DNA from: Tubulanus polymorphus
Lineage: Eukaryota; Animalia; Nemertea
Reading direction: 5' to 3'
DNA: 64,000 nucleotides
Assembly (NCBI RefSeq): GCF_964204645.1
Contig: NC_134029.1
Location: 9,760,850 to 9,824,849, forward strand
Shown here: positions 1 through 15,300 of the stretch, one piece after another
Layout: each line of letters starts with the position of its first letter
Position numbering within the stretch: position 1 is the first letter of the stretch
Notes under the pieces: generated by a model
What the model saw: the letters and a program-made list of their open reading frames with translations, nothing else
Database searches by the model: none
What the model was told of the DNA's origin: nothing
Translations under genes and position numbers: made by a program

Positions 1-2531
1 TTCGAATTCTAGTAATTCAATAATTCAGTAATTTTCTGAATATCGTTTTTTTCGCCTGCAGTCGTTGAGGGCCTACTGCTGTGTAATATTCAGCGGGGTT
101 TTACTGCATCATTATTATATTGACCAAATTTAGTTAACTAAATCACGCTTGAATATCAATATATTAGTGTCGAGTGTATAAACTATATCGATTCTCATAG
201 ATAGGTTTCTAATTTTAATATTTGACATCTAAATGTAAAGTGAATTTGAATAGATATTTGTCTTCAAAAGTATTTCACCAGTAATTGATCGTTATCTAGG
301 GACCATCCATTTATTTCGTACGCACATTGGGTGGGGGGGGGGGGGGGGCTATGTCTGATGCGTACAAGACTGTAAGGGGAGGGGGTGTACAATTGTACGC
401 TGATATGTCTATTATGCGAGGAATTTCTCTAGACCACAAACTACCGATACAGCGATGCGACGAAAGGCTCAAGCTAATACACCGAAAATTAATAATTATG
501 TTACGATATTCAGCGCTATACTGATCTAATATCAATAAAAGATTCGTCATACATGTATATAGGGATTTCCTAGTTTGGTAAAAACCCGATGATTCCGACC
601 ATCGCCATCCAGATACTTAAAATTATTAACATGTTCATTTTGAAGGTAACAATATACGTTTTTTCTTGTACGTAGGGGAGGTTCCAAATGAACGTATATG
701 CTTGCGTACAGGGGAGGGAGGAGTTGGTGTTTAAAAATCGGATTTATATTCATCACATTCAGTCTTCAATTAAGCTGCTACGTATATATTGAGAGCAAAT
801 CCTATAATTTGGTGATACCGCAGTCGAGCGGGTCATTTTGTCTGCTATTGGAAAATAATTGATCGATAAGAGAATGTCACCACCGATATCGTTTTTTTTC
901 TAGTTAAAAGGTGTTAATGCTTGATCGCACAAATAATTTTGTATTTCCAATACTAAAATTATCGATGATTGACTTTAATTGGTCTCGACGACTTATAATG
1001 CCGGGTAGATTCATTTTTTTTTCTAAATTGGCTCATACAGCAGCCGCGCTGCGCGAAGTTGCATCAACATTGTGAAAGTCCCCAGAGAATCACCGCAGCT
1101 GATTAAAGGCATGGCCGTTTAGCACACGTCGGGGATCCATAAATTTCCGATCACATCGACTCGTATATATGGAATTAATCACGGTTTACCTGCCGGATTG
1201 TCTATATGACTGACATTGATGAGGTACAGAAACTAGTACTGTCACGTTGATTACTGTAATATAGTATATACACGCACACGCCAATGACTATTTCTGACAG
1301 GATTCGAAGTTTAGAATTATTTTCATAGTTCTTGGATAAATTTCTCTCATACGCCGACGAATCAATTTTCTTAAATACCGCCAAAATTTATATATGATGT
1401 ATAATAAATGATATATTATGATGTATCATATAATTGATATATATGATATTGATAAATTCTATTGTTCCTCTTCTCTCTTCTCTTTATTATTTATATTGTT
1501 TACCCTTTCTGTTTTTTGTTTTGTTTTATTCACAATCGTACTCTTGATATATGATCAATGAATTAATTTGATTTTGAATTTACGACACGCGTTTCGATCG
1601 TGTATTTAAATAAATGTAAGACTATTATATATTGTCAACAGTTTAAAATCTTAATATTAATTTCAATGTGTTTTATAATAACTTCGCGATACTTATATAT
1701 ATATATATAAATCGAGAGCAATTGATATTTGCTTTGTCTTCCCAAGGTTCGGGGTTCCAATCCTGGATAGTTGTTATTCTCATTACATGTCCATTCGTAC
1801 TCGATTATGATGGGCTCCCCATTTGTGGCCCTCTCCCTGCTTTAGGATAAAGAAACCTCCGACCTTTTACGATGTGAATAGGTGATGTGTAGCGGATTGC
1901 GGGACATCTGTAAACTAAAAATAGGTTTTGAAATCATCTCAAGAAAACTTCCCAGTAACACTATTGCAGAGGGTTTCTTTATCAACGATTCGACCGGAGA
2001 GAGAGGAAGAGAGAGTGAGAGAGTGAGCGAATAACCGTCTGGTAGCGCTAATAAAACCAATATGTCCATATCTGCAATATGCCAACCTGGTTCATTGATG
2101 TCACTCGGGACACCATGCTCGCTAGTGCGTATGTTCGATTACGCTCCGTCTTAATGAATTAATGGACTACAGTGACAAATATTAACCCAAATCATATATA
2201 TGTATATATATTTATATAATATTCAGCCTATACATAGATTCATCACGTGCAAACTCATCGGTTATTGTAAAAGCTTTTCTCAGAACGAGACTGCTTTTTC
2301 ACGCGAGAATCTAATGGTTGTTTATCTTAAGCACCACACCCCCTCATCCCTGTTTGTGACTTGACGGAATTTTCAAATTTTTATAAAAAGTAAATTAACT
2401 TCGGAACGGTGATTAAAGAAGTTCTTGGACGTTTGGACAAAAGGAAAAAGACCTTTGTTCTAGACGATTGCAGTTTATAAACGCGTACAAAGATAGTTGT
2501 TTCACCGACAATGAAAATTCAAAAAAGAATT

Positions 2532-2735
2532 GCGGTCTTTGTAGTTCAGTGAGATAAGGCGTGATGCTGTTGGATCCACTTCCACAGTACCGAATGACAA
2601 GTGGGTTCGAGTCCTACTGGCTGCTTACAGTGTGCGGGCAACACGTCAAAAGCCATCCCGTCTTGAGGTTAAATGAATAATCCAATAAGGAAACTAAGAT
2701 CCAAGCGACGTAAAGCCAGAACAAACAAACCAAAA
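2532..2735 (+). mobile_element. tRNA-derived SINE
   Basis: A-box-like TAGTTCAGTGAG (2542-2553), B-box GGTTCGAGTCC (2604-2614), about 200 bp long, 3' end GCGACGTAAAGCCAG followed by an (AAAC)n tail. Confidence 0.65.
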
Positions 2736-4324
2736 TTGTTATCAATTTTTGATTTATTAATTGTTTTTTGAATTTAAATTGTGGGTGAAACAACTATAAT
2801 CAACTATAAGACTGGAAATATTCTCAACTATCTACAAGCGTACAAAAATGTATCAAAACGGCTGCGATTTTGATAATTCATTTGATCCGTCACTGATCGG
2901 GCATTGTGTGGCAGTGTTTCTTATGCAGCGCACACAGCAATCGACACAGGCTTTGGGTAAAACCATGGGTAAACAGTGCTTCTTGTTTTGGAGTGTTCAT
3001 CTAGTGCTATGTGAGCTATACTTTAATGTCTAAATAGCCTTTAGACCATTTGCTTGAAAATGGTCGGAAAATCATCTTAGCAATTTCACGATGCGTCTGA
3101 CTGTTTGAATTATTGATAACGACGTTTTTATCCATTATTCCATATAGATATTGTTCCTGAAATTGTCCCTGCACTTTGCAAATGTGGCACCCTAGAGTGT
3201 GGCTTCATTCGGCTTCATGCGGTTATTCTGAACACGTCGCCAGACAGTTGCAAATGGATGACCCGTCGTTGAATTAACGAGTTCTTTCTCTAAAAAGTTT
3301 TGATTAGAAATACTACAGCGAAAACCGAGTCATTGACGAGTGATGGTCCGTTTCATTACTCTCCGGTCGGTGTGAGAAATATCACAAATTTTCAGCCCGT
3401 ACCCGCGCTCCCCTCGCGCCATGCCAAGTTAAGATCGCGCGATGTGACAAACAGAATAGTGAAGGCCACTCATCGCAATCTTCACTCTCAGTGCAGATTA
3501 GGTTCGTGGAAAATAAGAATACGACTGTTACATAGTTTCAAACGATTAAGATTTTTCTTTTTCACAACGGTTGCAATTTAAAACAAGAACTCAATATTTG
3601 GTAACACCCAGGAAGTAAGACAAGGTGTGACACGCACTTAGACTTGTTGTCATTGATCATATTCAGCTAATGTATGATCTATTGAAAATTTGTTACGGAG
3701 AGATTACTTTATCATGCAAGGTTTCTTGCACTGCCGAAATTAACAAGTCATCTTCGGCGCAGCTAGATCAATACAGTGTAATTACTAATACACTCGAATA
3801 AGATTAATTCAAATGCAATTTAGACCACATTTTTGTTTTGCGATCAATCGACGACGGATAATGCAGATGAACTGTCACAGGCCTTTACTTTTAAAGGCCC
3901 AATTTTAAGTTTCTAATTTTTAAATTTCATTTCAACATTAGATATCAAGGTTAATTTCAAGGTTCTCAGGAGACTTTTCCATTTCAACCCACGATATTGT
4001 GTGAGATATCACCGTGAATTTGAGTTTGTTTATGTTTTCGTAAGGGTTAACAAATTCCTTGAGAGGTTTTGATATAAGTTAAGTACTTGAACCACGGACA
4101 CGCGTTTCAGAGTCCATGTTTGAACTAACCTGTATTTTCTTTCGATATCCTCCAGTCGTTTGTCATAACTTTTGAAGTTAAACATAAATACGTTTTGAAG
4201 TTAAACATAAATATCGTCATCGCTTTCGACCGTCTGTCCGCCCAGGCGCCCAGGAATAGCTAGTTCCCGCTTTACGGTCTCCAGTTTAGAACCAAGTGTG
4301 AATGAACCTTTTTCTTCTATGTAA

Positions 4325-4543
4325 GGCTAAACAAAAATGATACCTTGTTTCTCCGCAGCGGCAAGGTCATTTTTGTAAAATATGATAAAATCTATAAACA
4401 GTTCATTTCTATAGCGGCCGGGTCTGTTATGGTAAAATTGATCACGATTTAAAAAAAAGTAATGTATAGGGTAGATGGGCTGCCGGCCGGGTCAACATTT
4501 AAGCTCAGCAGAGCGGAGAAACAAGGTATCAATTTTTTTAGCC
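4325..4543. mobile_element. PIF/Harbinger (Tourist-like) MITE
   Basis: About 31-bp TIRs GGCTAAACAAAAATGATACCTTGTTTCTCCGC / GCGGAGAAACAAGGTATCAATTTTTTTAGCC, flanked by a TAA duplication (4322-4324, 4544-4546). Confidence 0.8.
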
Positions 4544-7500
4544 TAACATTTCTTTTTTGGGGTGGTATATCCTACAAGCTATGCTTTTTTTATCTTCCCC
4601 TCTGATCCATTATGGCAACGTAATTTGTGTAAAAACATCATGATTTATAAATTGCATATTATTTTCATCAAAATTTATTCAAGTATAGCTCGCAAAGCAA
4701 GCGGCCAATTAGATTATTATGGCCAATGACAGAGTCGTTTGAGGCTTAACCGTTTAATGTTGAAATAGTCTAAATTTGAACTTTTGATAGTTAGTAGAAA
4801 ATCTCTTTCCTTTTTTTATATTCTTTTTCCTTTCATTTGACCATTTAAGCCGTGTTTAAGACGTGTGGCCGCGGCCGTGTTTCAGACCCTATCCAAGATA
4901 TGTGGATTCAGGATGGGATGAGAATCTGCTCCATTCTTTTTTGGCTTATGTACATTATCGAAGATGGCCGCCAAAGCATTATTTGTGTGTAGGCATGGAT
5001 TTTGTTTTCGCTCAGCAGTTTACAGTTTTCGACTGATCTTCTTTTAACTTGATATGGGTTAGGGGTGAAAATTAAATGTGCCCTTCTGTTTTTTCTATAT
5101 ATGCAGCTCATTCCTGATGGACGTCAGTACCATATTTGTGCGTGAAGTAGACATGGTTGACCTTATTCCCGCTCCACCGTCTACAATTTTTGTCTGATAT
5201 TTTTATAAATTTGGAGTAGAATGTACCCTATTGTTTTTGATTTAGGTTATCCAAGATGGCCGTTCTACAGTTGACAGTTTTTATCAATATTGTTATAGAT
5301 AGATATGTGATTAAGGATGGGAGGAGGATAAGCCCTGTTGTTTTGACCAGTGTGGGCCATATATTATTTGTCGAGCCTTCATAATTCGACCGAAATGTAT
5401 TGCTACTGTATTTTTAATATTTCAATTTCGGTAACGTTATTTCTTAAGTATCCAAATGAAGCGTACGTCGTTGATATTTTGTTCCATGTTCTTTGTTAAG
5501 TACATTCAATAATGTGCGACGTTTTTAGCGTTACGTGCGACTTGAAATACGACGTAAATTTCGGGGCATTAGCGGTAATCGCCTCTGCCGGAATATACAT
5601 GATCTTTCAACTCTGTAGTTATCAGATGTCTCAGACGATCGTGACATAGGCGAATCTACAGCCCAGTAGTTATATCGGAAAACGTTTTGTACAAGAAACA
5701 TGATGGCATAATTATGTCTAGTGATGACTCGTTTAAAAGTCGTTGTATTCACTAACTGCTCGTCATCACCGTCATCGTTAAATCATAATGTCGTCACGGT
5801 CGTGACGCCGAGATCGAGAGAAGCCCTGAATACAAATCAAATAAAATGCATTAACAATGAATTCAGTTTTTAGATAAGTATTTTGCTTATATACATTGAA
5901 AACTTTTTACGGTAATACGGAATAATACCATAGATGATGAAGCTTAGATAATTTCATTGAACCACTGCGTTATCTGGGTATGATACTCACGTAAGATAAC
6001 GTTTGTTAGCGACGTTTTCACGGTACTTATTGAATAACATAAACTCATCGGAATTAAACAAAGTAACCTTGTATTTCTTTCAGAATCATTGTTAGTTGAA
6101 GCACATTGAGATGCTTGCTATCCTACGCGTTTGAAAATGTCGTCTGTATGCTTTCTATTGTCTGGCAACGGAAATCAATCGCAGACGACTTATTTAAAGA
6201 CCGCCGAACGAATGTCGCGCGGATTTCTACCGACATTTCTACTCGAATGTGCGCTGACACTAACAGACCTCGTCTCGGGTCGTCTATAAGCGATTCACGA
6301 TTTTATCGCCTCGGATCGATAACGATTTTTGCTTTGAAAAAAGACACAAAATTTTCCCGAGGCCAATGAAGTGGTTCACAAGATAAGTTCCCAGTGTGGC
6401 GAAACTTCGTGATTCGGTTTCTAATTTCTAATGACACGACATACTTGACTTTGGAAAATGATTGTCATTTTACTATTTGAATACGCCATTTATTAACGAT
6501 TCAACGGATTCCAATGAAACCCGAATGAGAAATCAATTTGATGAATAGATACAAATCCGAAATGAATGTTACGCCTGTATGTTTTTAATGTTAATTTGCA
6601 TTAAAAGAAAAACGGTATAAAATTTACTGATTTTCTGATGATCTCAAAAGTGTATTGGAAACGGCTGAGAAACTGTTATTTGGTGCAAGTGTTTGTCAAA
6701 TGTCAGTACGGACAATTCAATATCCTATAATCCGCTTGTATGCTCATCAAGTTGGAATTTCAGTTCATCTATATTTCAAGATGATCGACAGCTCCACTCG
6801 AATGAAATCAAACATGAAAAGGGTATGGAAAAAATGTCGAGTTTCGTAGCGGGATGAAGTATCATATTCAGTCATATCTATCAACTCATCTATTCAACGA
6901 ATCTGCCATTGCAATTACCCACTCATTCAATTAGTCTACGAGTCTACTTTGCGAAAATTTACAGAAAAAAGCGTTTAGGTCCTAACTTCGAGTAAAGTAT
7001 TGCGCACGTTTCGGTTCTTCAACAATTTTTTGCTCGTTAAAGACTTAGCAATGCTAAGTGATTCGGGACATAAGATTATGAATTCACAAGGAAGCGCCGG
7101 GGACAAGAGAGACAAATATATATGTATATATATACATCCGTTTATGAATATAAAAAGAAAAATTACCGTTATCTTTGGTGAAATATAACTCGTCAGAAAC
7201 TCGAATTAGCAATTAGCATAATGTTTTCCCCATTTTCCGTTGAGATACATCTCGTCAAAAATCTAATTTTTTGGTTATAAATCATTAATACATTCCAAAG
7301 GATGAAAGACTAACGTATAATTTCCGAATTTATGATTCTTCTATATACAGCAGTGCCTTAATTATTTGATAACAAATACTTTATAAATGGTTTCACTATA
7401 CATATTTAAAGACCAAAAGCAAATCTTTCGAATAGAACAGAAATCATCATCATGACATTTTTCAGTGGCCTTGATAAAATCTGGTTATAAGAATAGCATC

Positions 7501-9239
7501 ATTTTTTAGCATAGTAGAGGAAAAACGAAATCCCTTACAACAGCTATTCGATTTGTAGAAGTATCGTGGGTGAAATCTGTTTATGATTTGCGCGGGGAAA
7601 CGTTGTTTTTTCCGTCTTTATTCAATGAGTACCGCGTTTGAACCTACGCGTTGTTTATCAGTTGTTTCAACGAAAATGCAGCCCCGGGTGGTTGTAACAA
7701 GGAAAGTTGATTAACGTAAAAATCGAGTCAGTGGAGCTTGACCATACGTCACCCACAAGTCTGACGTCGTGATTCTAACGATGGATTCAAGTCCGTGAAT
7801 TCCGCTGCCAAAAGTATTCACATCGTCCACATTCCACAATTTCCACATCGACTACTACAGACAGATCGGTTGCACGCAAGTTCACAATCTGAATAAGGAC
7901 TCGGTCTTTACACCTTCCTTTAGAACATCTTTTTTCTTCGATTCTGAAATGAAACGTTTGCAGCTTTCTAGAAGTAATTTTAACCGGTGGTTCTTTACAA
8001 ATTATCGGGTTGTCGAAATGCATTGATCGGAACCAGTATTTACTAACGAAATAGGGTCCATGGCTCTGTTAATTCGTCCGTCCCCTTTATCGTCGGTTTT
8101 GAGCTTTTTATATCGGGTAGGGGTCGATCGTGAAACTTAACCACAGTCCGCATTTACCAACTATGGTAAAAGTATAAAAGTTTTTTCTTCTGTGATTTCA
8201 TCTACAATTAATAGCGTGATTGGCAGCAATCGATGCCGTTCTTATTGGCGATACATCTCTGTAGTTGATATACAGATCTACGTGTGACGAGCAATACACA
8301 GATCACCCTCAATATGGAATGATTTTGAGTGCTGTCTTCTAATTAATATGCGGCGTGTCTGTATTGCTCAATACGTGTACCATTCTGACACACATCCATC
8401 GGGTGGTACGTGCTGTCCAATAAACCAGATCGCGACAGTGACAATATTAATATGTAAAATAATCCCATAAGCGCTGATTCCAAACACGCATGTCATCACA
8501 AGATAACACAAGCTAAACCGTAAATACAACGGGCGGACTGCTATAATCAAATATGGTGGTCTAATTTCCTCGGAGAAGTTATCTTCTCGCTGACATCACT
8601 TTCAGAGCCCGGGCTATACGCAGCGCGGTCCCATGGCTACCGACGTTTGTATTATGTGTCAATCTTTTTTCACTGTTATGTCTATCTTCACACTGGGCGC
8701 GATAAAACGCGCCATGATTAAAAAGTACCTCGAGAATAAAGATATATTTGTGTGCCAGAAAATTGATTTTACGTCCAGAACATTTCGGAAGTTACGTAAA
8801 GCGGGTTTGAGATGCGTGGCGATATTTCTGCGGGACGAAAAGTGCAGGGTATCACTTCATGACGTATATGCCGCTTTATTATTTTCCGCGGCCGAGCAAC
8901 GCACAATGGCCATTCTTACGTAGACAACACCGCACCGGATATTGAAAATGATGAACAATAATCGGTTCGAAGATGGGAGCCAAACCTTATTTAGAAGACT
9001 CGGTTATGGTTGAAATATTGGCATGATGTCCGTGGTGACGGAGAACTTATAGCCAGCGTACCGAGACACATTCCTTTGGATAACTAGATCGCTTCTGAAC
9101 TACGCATTTTAGTATTCAAATAGGGCTATATATCGCAAAGCCTACTGAGCGCATGGAGCAGTAGCAATAATTTCGAAAAGGTCAGTTCCTCGACCGGGTT
9201 CAAATGTTCGCTGAGAATCTTAGTGTTATAAACGTATCT

Positions 9240-9567
9240 ATGCACTAGAATCGTATGCAGATCAGTCAATGCAACAGGACTTGGTGTATTTCAAATGATG
9301 TGCTGATGAGGTGAGCACAACAACGAGGAGCAACAAAGCGAGTGATCACCACCGTACCATAGCTTACGAGCATTATCATCTGTCTCATTGCTGTATGCGG
9401 CGAATGCACTAGAATCGTATGCAGATCAGTCAATGCAACAGGACTTGGTGTATTTCAAATGATGTGCTGATGAGGTGAGCACAACAACGAGGAGCAACAA
9501 AGCGAGTGATCACCACCGTACCATAGCTTACGAGCATTATCATCTGTCTCATTGCTGTATGCGGCGA
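9240..9567. repeat. 164-bp tandem duplication (2 copies)
   Basis: ATGCACTAGAATCGTATGCAG...GTATGCGGCGA at 9240-9403 is repeated at 9404-9567, identical by eye. Confidence 0.95.
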
Positions 9568-12291
9568 TTAGAACATGAGGTGAAGCCATGACTGGGATGT
9601 GCCGGGCTTGAGCGCATTACAGTCTTGTTTTGGCCTAGCTATAAAATTGGATTTGTGTACTAGGTGACTTCAGATGAAAGCATTGGTCGGATTACAGTAA
9701 ATACGACTTTGTAGGCCTATAAATGTTTTCCTGTGATGCTTCGCGGAAAAAGTCAATTGCGCTACAAACGAACGACTTACAAAACACTAGGCGAGTGCAC
9801 GTTGTCCCGGCGTCACGCCGCGTAACACAGGCCTACTTAATACGCTTCCGCATCGTGAAAGGTAATTGTGCTCCACAACGATTAATAATTAATAAAATCT
9901 ATAAAATAATTCCAATACAGCCCGATCGATAACGCATATTTATCACCGCTTAACGACCGAGTATTACGTGCGCTTTGCCAGTGATAGGAGATCGCACGAT
10001 CACTTTAATGGCCGCCGAGGGTCAATAATCTTAATAAAGCCCAGCTCATTATATTGAGTTACTAGCATATTAAATAGTGGATGAATGGATTCATTTGGTC
10101 ATGATATCACCAAACACCCTGGTTCATAAGCGACAGATAAAACACAATCCATATAAATATATTTCGGGGCCGGTGAATTCTAAAATATAAGCCAAAAGTT
10201 ATTATCTTCCATCCAAGAGAAGAGGCAAAATTTGACTGGAAAAGTGACTGGGAAAGCCATTCGTAGCATGAATTTTGTGTTACCGAAGAATGCAAAATAA
10301 AATATATTGTGGAAATAGATAGAAAAGATGGATATTCGTATGTCAATGGTCACTTAGAATTGCAGTCAGAATCTTCACACAATCTTCATCTAGAACACTT
10401 CCATGGATCAAAAAATTGACTTTTCGCTTATTTCTTTTTGTTTGAAAAAGGTCGTTTATGCGCGATCGTGTAAGCATGTTAGACTGTGGTAAAGCGGAGG
10501 TCTTTTTTCCGTATTTGTCCACGCGACTCCGTTCGATCCACGCGATAACTAACTACACATTCAAAGCATGTCACTGCGCCACCAGTAATTATCAGAATTT
10601 AAGACGACGTTAAAAGCCATTAATTTTGCAAATAGCGAAGGTGAGAATCTTCTCTCCGAGGTAATTAGGTGGCCAAGCGACAATTAGCATCCACCCAATG
10701 CAACCGACAAAACGAGTCATCCGTGATGCAACATAAATAATGATTAAACGCTTAGCTTCCACCAGGACATTACGTAATTTAAATTTTAGCGATCATGCTC
10801 TCTGGAGGACCGAACCATTGCTTCAAACGAAAACAGAGAAATTGGCATTATTGTACGACTACGGAAAGTAAATCCCTACAGCCGTGCAACGCTGTACTAT
10901 ACAACACAAAAACTTAAAAAACAACACAAAGCAACACAAAAACCATATTTTTCCACAAGCCAGTAGAAATCATCGTGTTATCTTAGATAACCCCCTCCAC
11001 TCGGTAGCCTAAATGGTATATCATGAACGTGTTTGAAAAGAATTATCGATTCGATGAGAATCAACGGGTCCGTCACAGCAATCTCAATTTATTTGAAAGT
11101 CTCAATCGACGATCTGAAAGTATAGGCCTACAGTGGCAATGAATTGAGATATAGGCAAAATACAAAACTCAATTATATGATCCCTTTCTAGAGCTTCAAT
11201 ATTCATTCCAAATTTAGATCATTTTCAGCATCCCGTTTTCGTTCAATATGTGTACATACGTATTAGGAGTTATCCTTTTCATCATTCGAAACAATTTGGA
11301 AAGTCCGGACATGAATCATCCCTTTACTCCAATAATAGACGATAGATACTTCCTCTTGGCGTAGTAGATGATCAATAGGATTAAGGATATAAGATATCGT
11401 AGTAACATACGTACTGATATTTTGGGCTTTACAGTATATACATTGGGTGAAGCACGATCGCCGCATCGCGACAAACGATAACGGCGTATGGCGCCTTTAT
11501 TGAAAAGACAGGATTATCAAATATGTTGCCAAAAGCAATATCTATATTCTTCGAGAAATGAAATACGAACACGTTGTCGGTATTTCTATGTAGGGACAGA
11601 CGCCATATAATGATGGACAAATATCATGGGAATATTGCAATATGTTTCATCACATACGATAATCCTTTCTTTATTCACTTCTAGATCTACCACCATCTTA
11701 ATCCGAGTTCATTAATTCCCATAATGCATTGGCCACCACCGTACCGTTGTGGCACTGAATGTAACTGACTTTCCACAACCTGATTACCCTTTGATCCTAC
11801 GTCACAATGTCATTTACTAATGATAGCCCGGTATTATGCTTCATTTGTTCACATTACCGCGAGCAGCGGCGATGTCACGACTTTTACTTAACTGCGGTCT
11901 CATGATTCATTCCGCGGTAGGTAACGTCGCGTAACGACTACTACGACGGTCAACGCTACAACAGGATGGAGACAAATGACTAAGTAAGCGACGGGTGAAT
12001 CGAGTCATGTGTATGTCCATGATCAGGCAGCACATCTTTGGCTGCGGCGAAAAATAACCGTAAAGTAACCGGACTGAAAACTAATTCAGGGATGCGCGCA
12101 TAGAGCTTTTCGATTTCACGTTCCTCAAGAATTAAGAAATGTAATCCATAATTACATTGATAAGATCTTAATAGTTCCGTCCAGTAGAATTCGAGAGGTT
12201 GCTGGTTATTACGGTCAATAGGTGATAAATGTTTGTGGGTAGCAAGTGTTGCATGCGGAATGTCTAATCAAGGGTTCACACAGAAACGGTA

Positions 12292-12335
12292 GATTCCTGA
12301 AGATGACAATTAGAATTTAGTCGAAACGTTGAACC
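12292..12335 (+). ncRNA. Degenerate minimal hammerhead ribozyme motif (Penelope pLTR-type remnant)
   Basis: ttc-CTGAAGA-tGAC[aattagaattta]GTC-GAAA-CGTT-gaa: core boxes, stem II and the palindromic AACGTT are present; stem I is only about 3 bp. Confidence 0.5.
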
Positions 12336-15300
12336 GCTAGGTCAAGGAAAATGTTTTCGGGCTTAATATTATTCGCAGCGACTTTCCCCACATATAAATC
12401 ATTTTCAGTGAAAGACCATAATTGAGTGAGAAAGCGAATCTTATATCTATCCGATGATTTGTTTGATAATTTTCGTGACTAAAAAACAACAACAGTGATT
12501 TTGATTGTATCTTATGAATGCGGAAAATGATATAGTTGATCGAAGTAATGCGACGAATTACGATTCTGTGAAACAGATTTCCTTGTATGTTTCGAGTTTT
12601 TACGTGGCGCACCGGGTGAAAAGCTGTTCTAGCGATTTTGCCTCTGAAAATTGCCCGTAATTGCTGCGTTATGTGACCGAATGGCCGAAGATAAACCATC
12701 TTCTCGGCATGAGTTCATCCATTCGCATCAAAGCTAAGTTCCTATCAGCGCTGCCTGATGTCTGATTACCATGTCATGTAAAACTTTTATCTTCGTCTCA
12801 ATTGCTGTGACCGCGTAGAATTTGATACTGCGTCAAAGATACATCGCATATATACGTGAATACATGTATACATGATACTTTTCAAGAGAAATCGAAATCT
12901 TTCGTCTTTGATGTACAGTTCTAAAACGTTTGGAGAAACGTTACAAGTCCGAAGATTTAGTCAACCAAAAGCGTTTAGACGTGTTCAAACAGCGCGGCTC
13001 AACACCTATGATGCATCTCAACTGGCGTGTTACCGATGATTTGCAAGGTACGACGGTACACATATTTTCAGAGTTTCTCTCGAAAATCGACACTTTCGAG
13101 TTTATCTATAGATTGGAAAAGCCATTTCATTATTGGTATTTCATTTAGTTAATAGCTGTGGTTTGTACGGAGATTATTCTTTTCGTATGATCGTGCAGGG
13201 TTCTGCCATTTATTGGACCGTCACGGATCGAGCCATTGTCGTGATTTAATCCCTGGTCTATCCCGCAGATACTCGTAATTAAATTCCCGCTGGAATTTGG
13301 GAAACAAGATGCGCCGAGTTTAACGCGAATCTCTTCCCGTACCTTCGACCGATAGCGCGTCTCATTGCTTCGTCGTATCCAGTGACATTCGCTCCTAACT
13401 GAATTATATTTCGATTATGGATCATCATTGAACTTCAAAACGGGTCAATGCACCGGCACGTCTACCGCTTGCTATTCTTATTTGCTACGAACATATTGGT
13501 ATATGCGCGTTGGCAAATTGCAGGAAATTTCTATATATATAGTCGATCTTCATATTATATGAAATTCGCCCGCGGCTAAAACGGCGATGAAACGCAATCT
13601 ATCTCGAAACCTCAAAGAAAACTTCTTGATATTGCCATTCCATTCGATTATTTCACGGGTACTAGGCACAATGTGGTGCATGAGGCTATCGTTAATGAAA
13701 ACATATCTTCAGCTTTTAGTTTACTTATATGAATCAACCCTGGGAAATGATGTTTTCTTCATTTCTTATTCATGGCGGTCAATAGTATTTTTCTCTAAAT
13801 CTGGCAGCTGATAGATAGCTACCCATTGATAAAAAATGTTTCTTCATTTAATCCTAAATTGATGAGACGTGTACATAAATTAAATGACATATACATGGTC
13901 TGAATAAACCCCCTTGGACACTGCTGCAACACTTCGCAGTAAAAATTCCGCCAGGACCGGCTAATGCGACTTCTATTTCGACGTTTCGACGTGTTTTAAC
14001 ATAGTGTTTTAAATACAGCAATAACAATTGATTAAAGTTAGTCAATCATTCGTTGCTATAAATGTTCAGCTCGTATCATAATCGATGTGGGATGCGAAAA
14101 ATTCTGTTCGAATCATCTGAGTATCATCTGGTCGGATCCTGTATCTAAACGCGTTAAACATTTCGTATGGCACTTTCGTGGAGTCTCCCCGTAGGTATAG
14201 TATTCTATCGAAGTTTATCGCATCAACGGGTGGGACCTACTAGAATCAAGTCCATACATGTTCTGAAAATTTTTATTGACTTCCTTAGGGCTCTGTCCAA
14301 AAAAAACTTGCTCACAAAATTGTATATATCAATACTCGTCTTTCGTCCCGCTGACTTATGGTTCTGCGGTTAGTGTCATTTAACACTTAACCAATCAAAA
14401 AATGAAATGTTATGATATGATTTCTGCGAAAGACGTCCCAGTTACGCAGTTATTGATTATATATTTCAAGTTCCGTATTTATTTTCAAAACTTCCATATT
14501 TGCTTTGATTGGTTTTTGTTGATGTCGTCATTCGCGTGGCATCCTGTTTATGCTAATAAGCCATGTGTTTGGATTGCCGCAATAACAACGTAACTTTCAG
14601 TATTATATAGTCAGTATTAATGATAAATTAATGATTGAATTTACTATAATCATACCCACTTGTTAACATTAGATTAAAGCACTCTACTCACAACGTAACA
14701 AGGCTATTCGCAAATCGGTCAAATCTATTAGCGTTTATCTAGAATTCCTATTCGATTGGACCGGCAATCACCAGATGACACCACAAAACACTAGGTCATT
14801 TTGTAGTAAAAATCAGTTCATTTTCAATGAAATTTGAACTTGATTTTAGGCTTCCAAATTTAAAATTTTCTAACAAGTCTTTGAATGGATATAAGATATG
14901 CTTTCTCACTCTGTGTATGGTTAAGATTTCACTAAAGGTAGATTTACTTATATGAAAAGTTGATTCGAATTTGATTGAAATGCAGGGGAATAGAAGCACA
15001 ACCCACAAGCGATCCTGGTGGAATCTTCGCTTGCCACAGAAGGGTCGCCGGTATTTTAATCATGATTCATTTTCAATTCAATACAAATCAGTTTTATTCA
15101 AAATTCGTGCAAATTATTGTCGGAAAAATCCTGTTCACGGACTGTTCCTGACCACGGACTGTGTTACTAAAACGTTCGTCATACTGCCATCTGTTCCTTT
15201 CACGATTTCGACCTTCCGAAACAAATCTTCGAATGATGCCTTCAGCAAACAAAACGGCAAACAGTCTTATTCGAATATGTATATAATGATCATGACTTTT

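Noticed and set aside
298-760. G-run/CGTAC-rich segment and its ORFs
   Set aside because: Looks like fragments of a common MITE, but the matching terminus and TSD were not found; the ORFs are poly-G artefacts.
2532-2620. Functional tRNA gene
   Set aside because: A and B boxes are present but I could not see a cloverleaf, and the sequence continues into a SINE-like body and (AAAC)n tail.
6084-6290. Alternative CARP first exon (acceptor at 6083; MSRGFLPTFLLECALTLTDLVSG)
   Set aside because: Weak donor (G|gtcgtc) and a mediocre signal peptide; cannot be supported from sequence alone.
9300-9345. CTGATGAG as a hammerhead core within the 164-bp duplication
   Set aside because: No downstream stem II + GAAA box or closing stem I.
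10107-11700. Short protein-like frames near 10.2 kb and 11.3-11.7 kb
   Set aside because: Interrupted by stops, with no recognisable motif or consistent splice structure.
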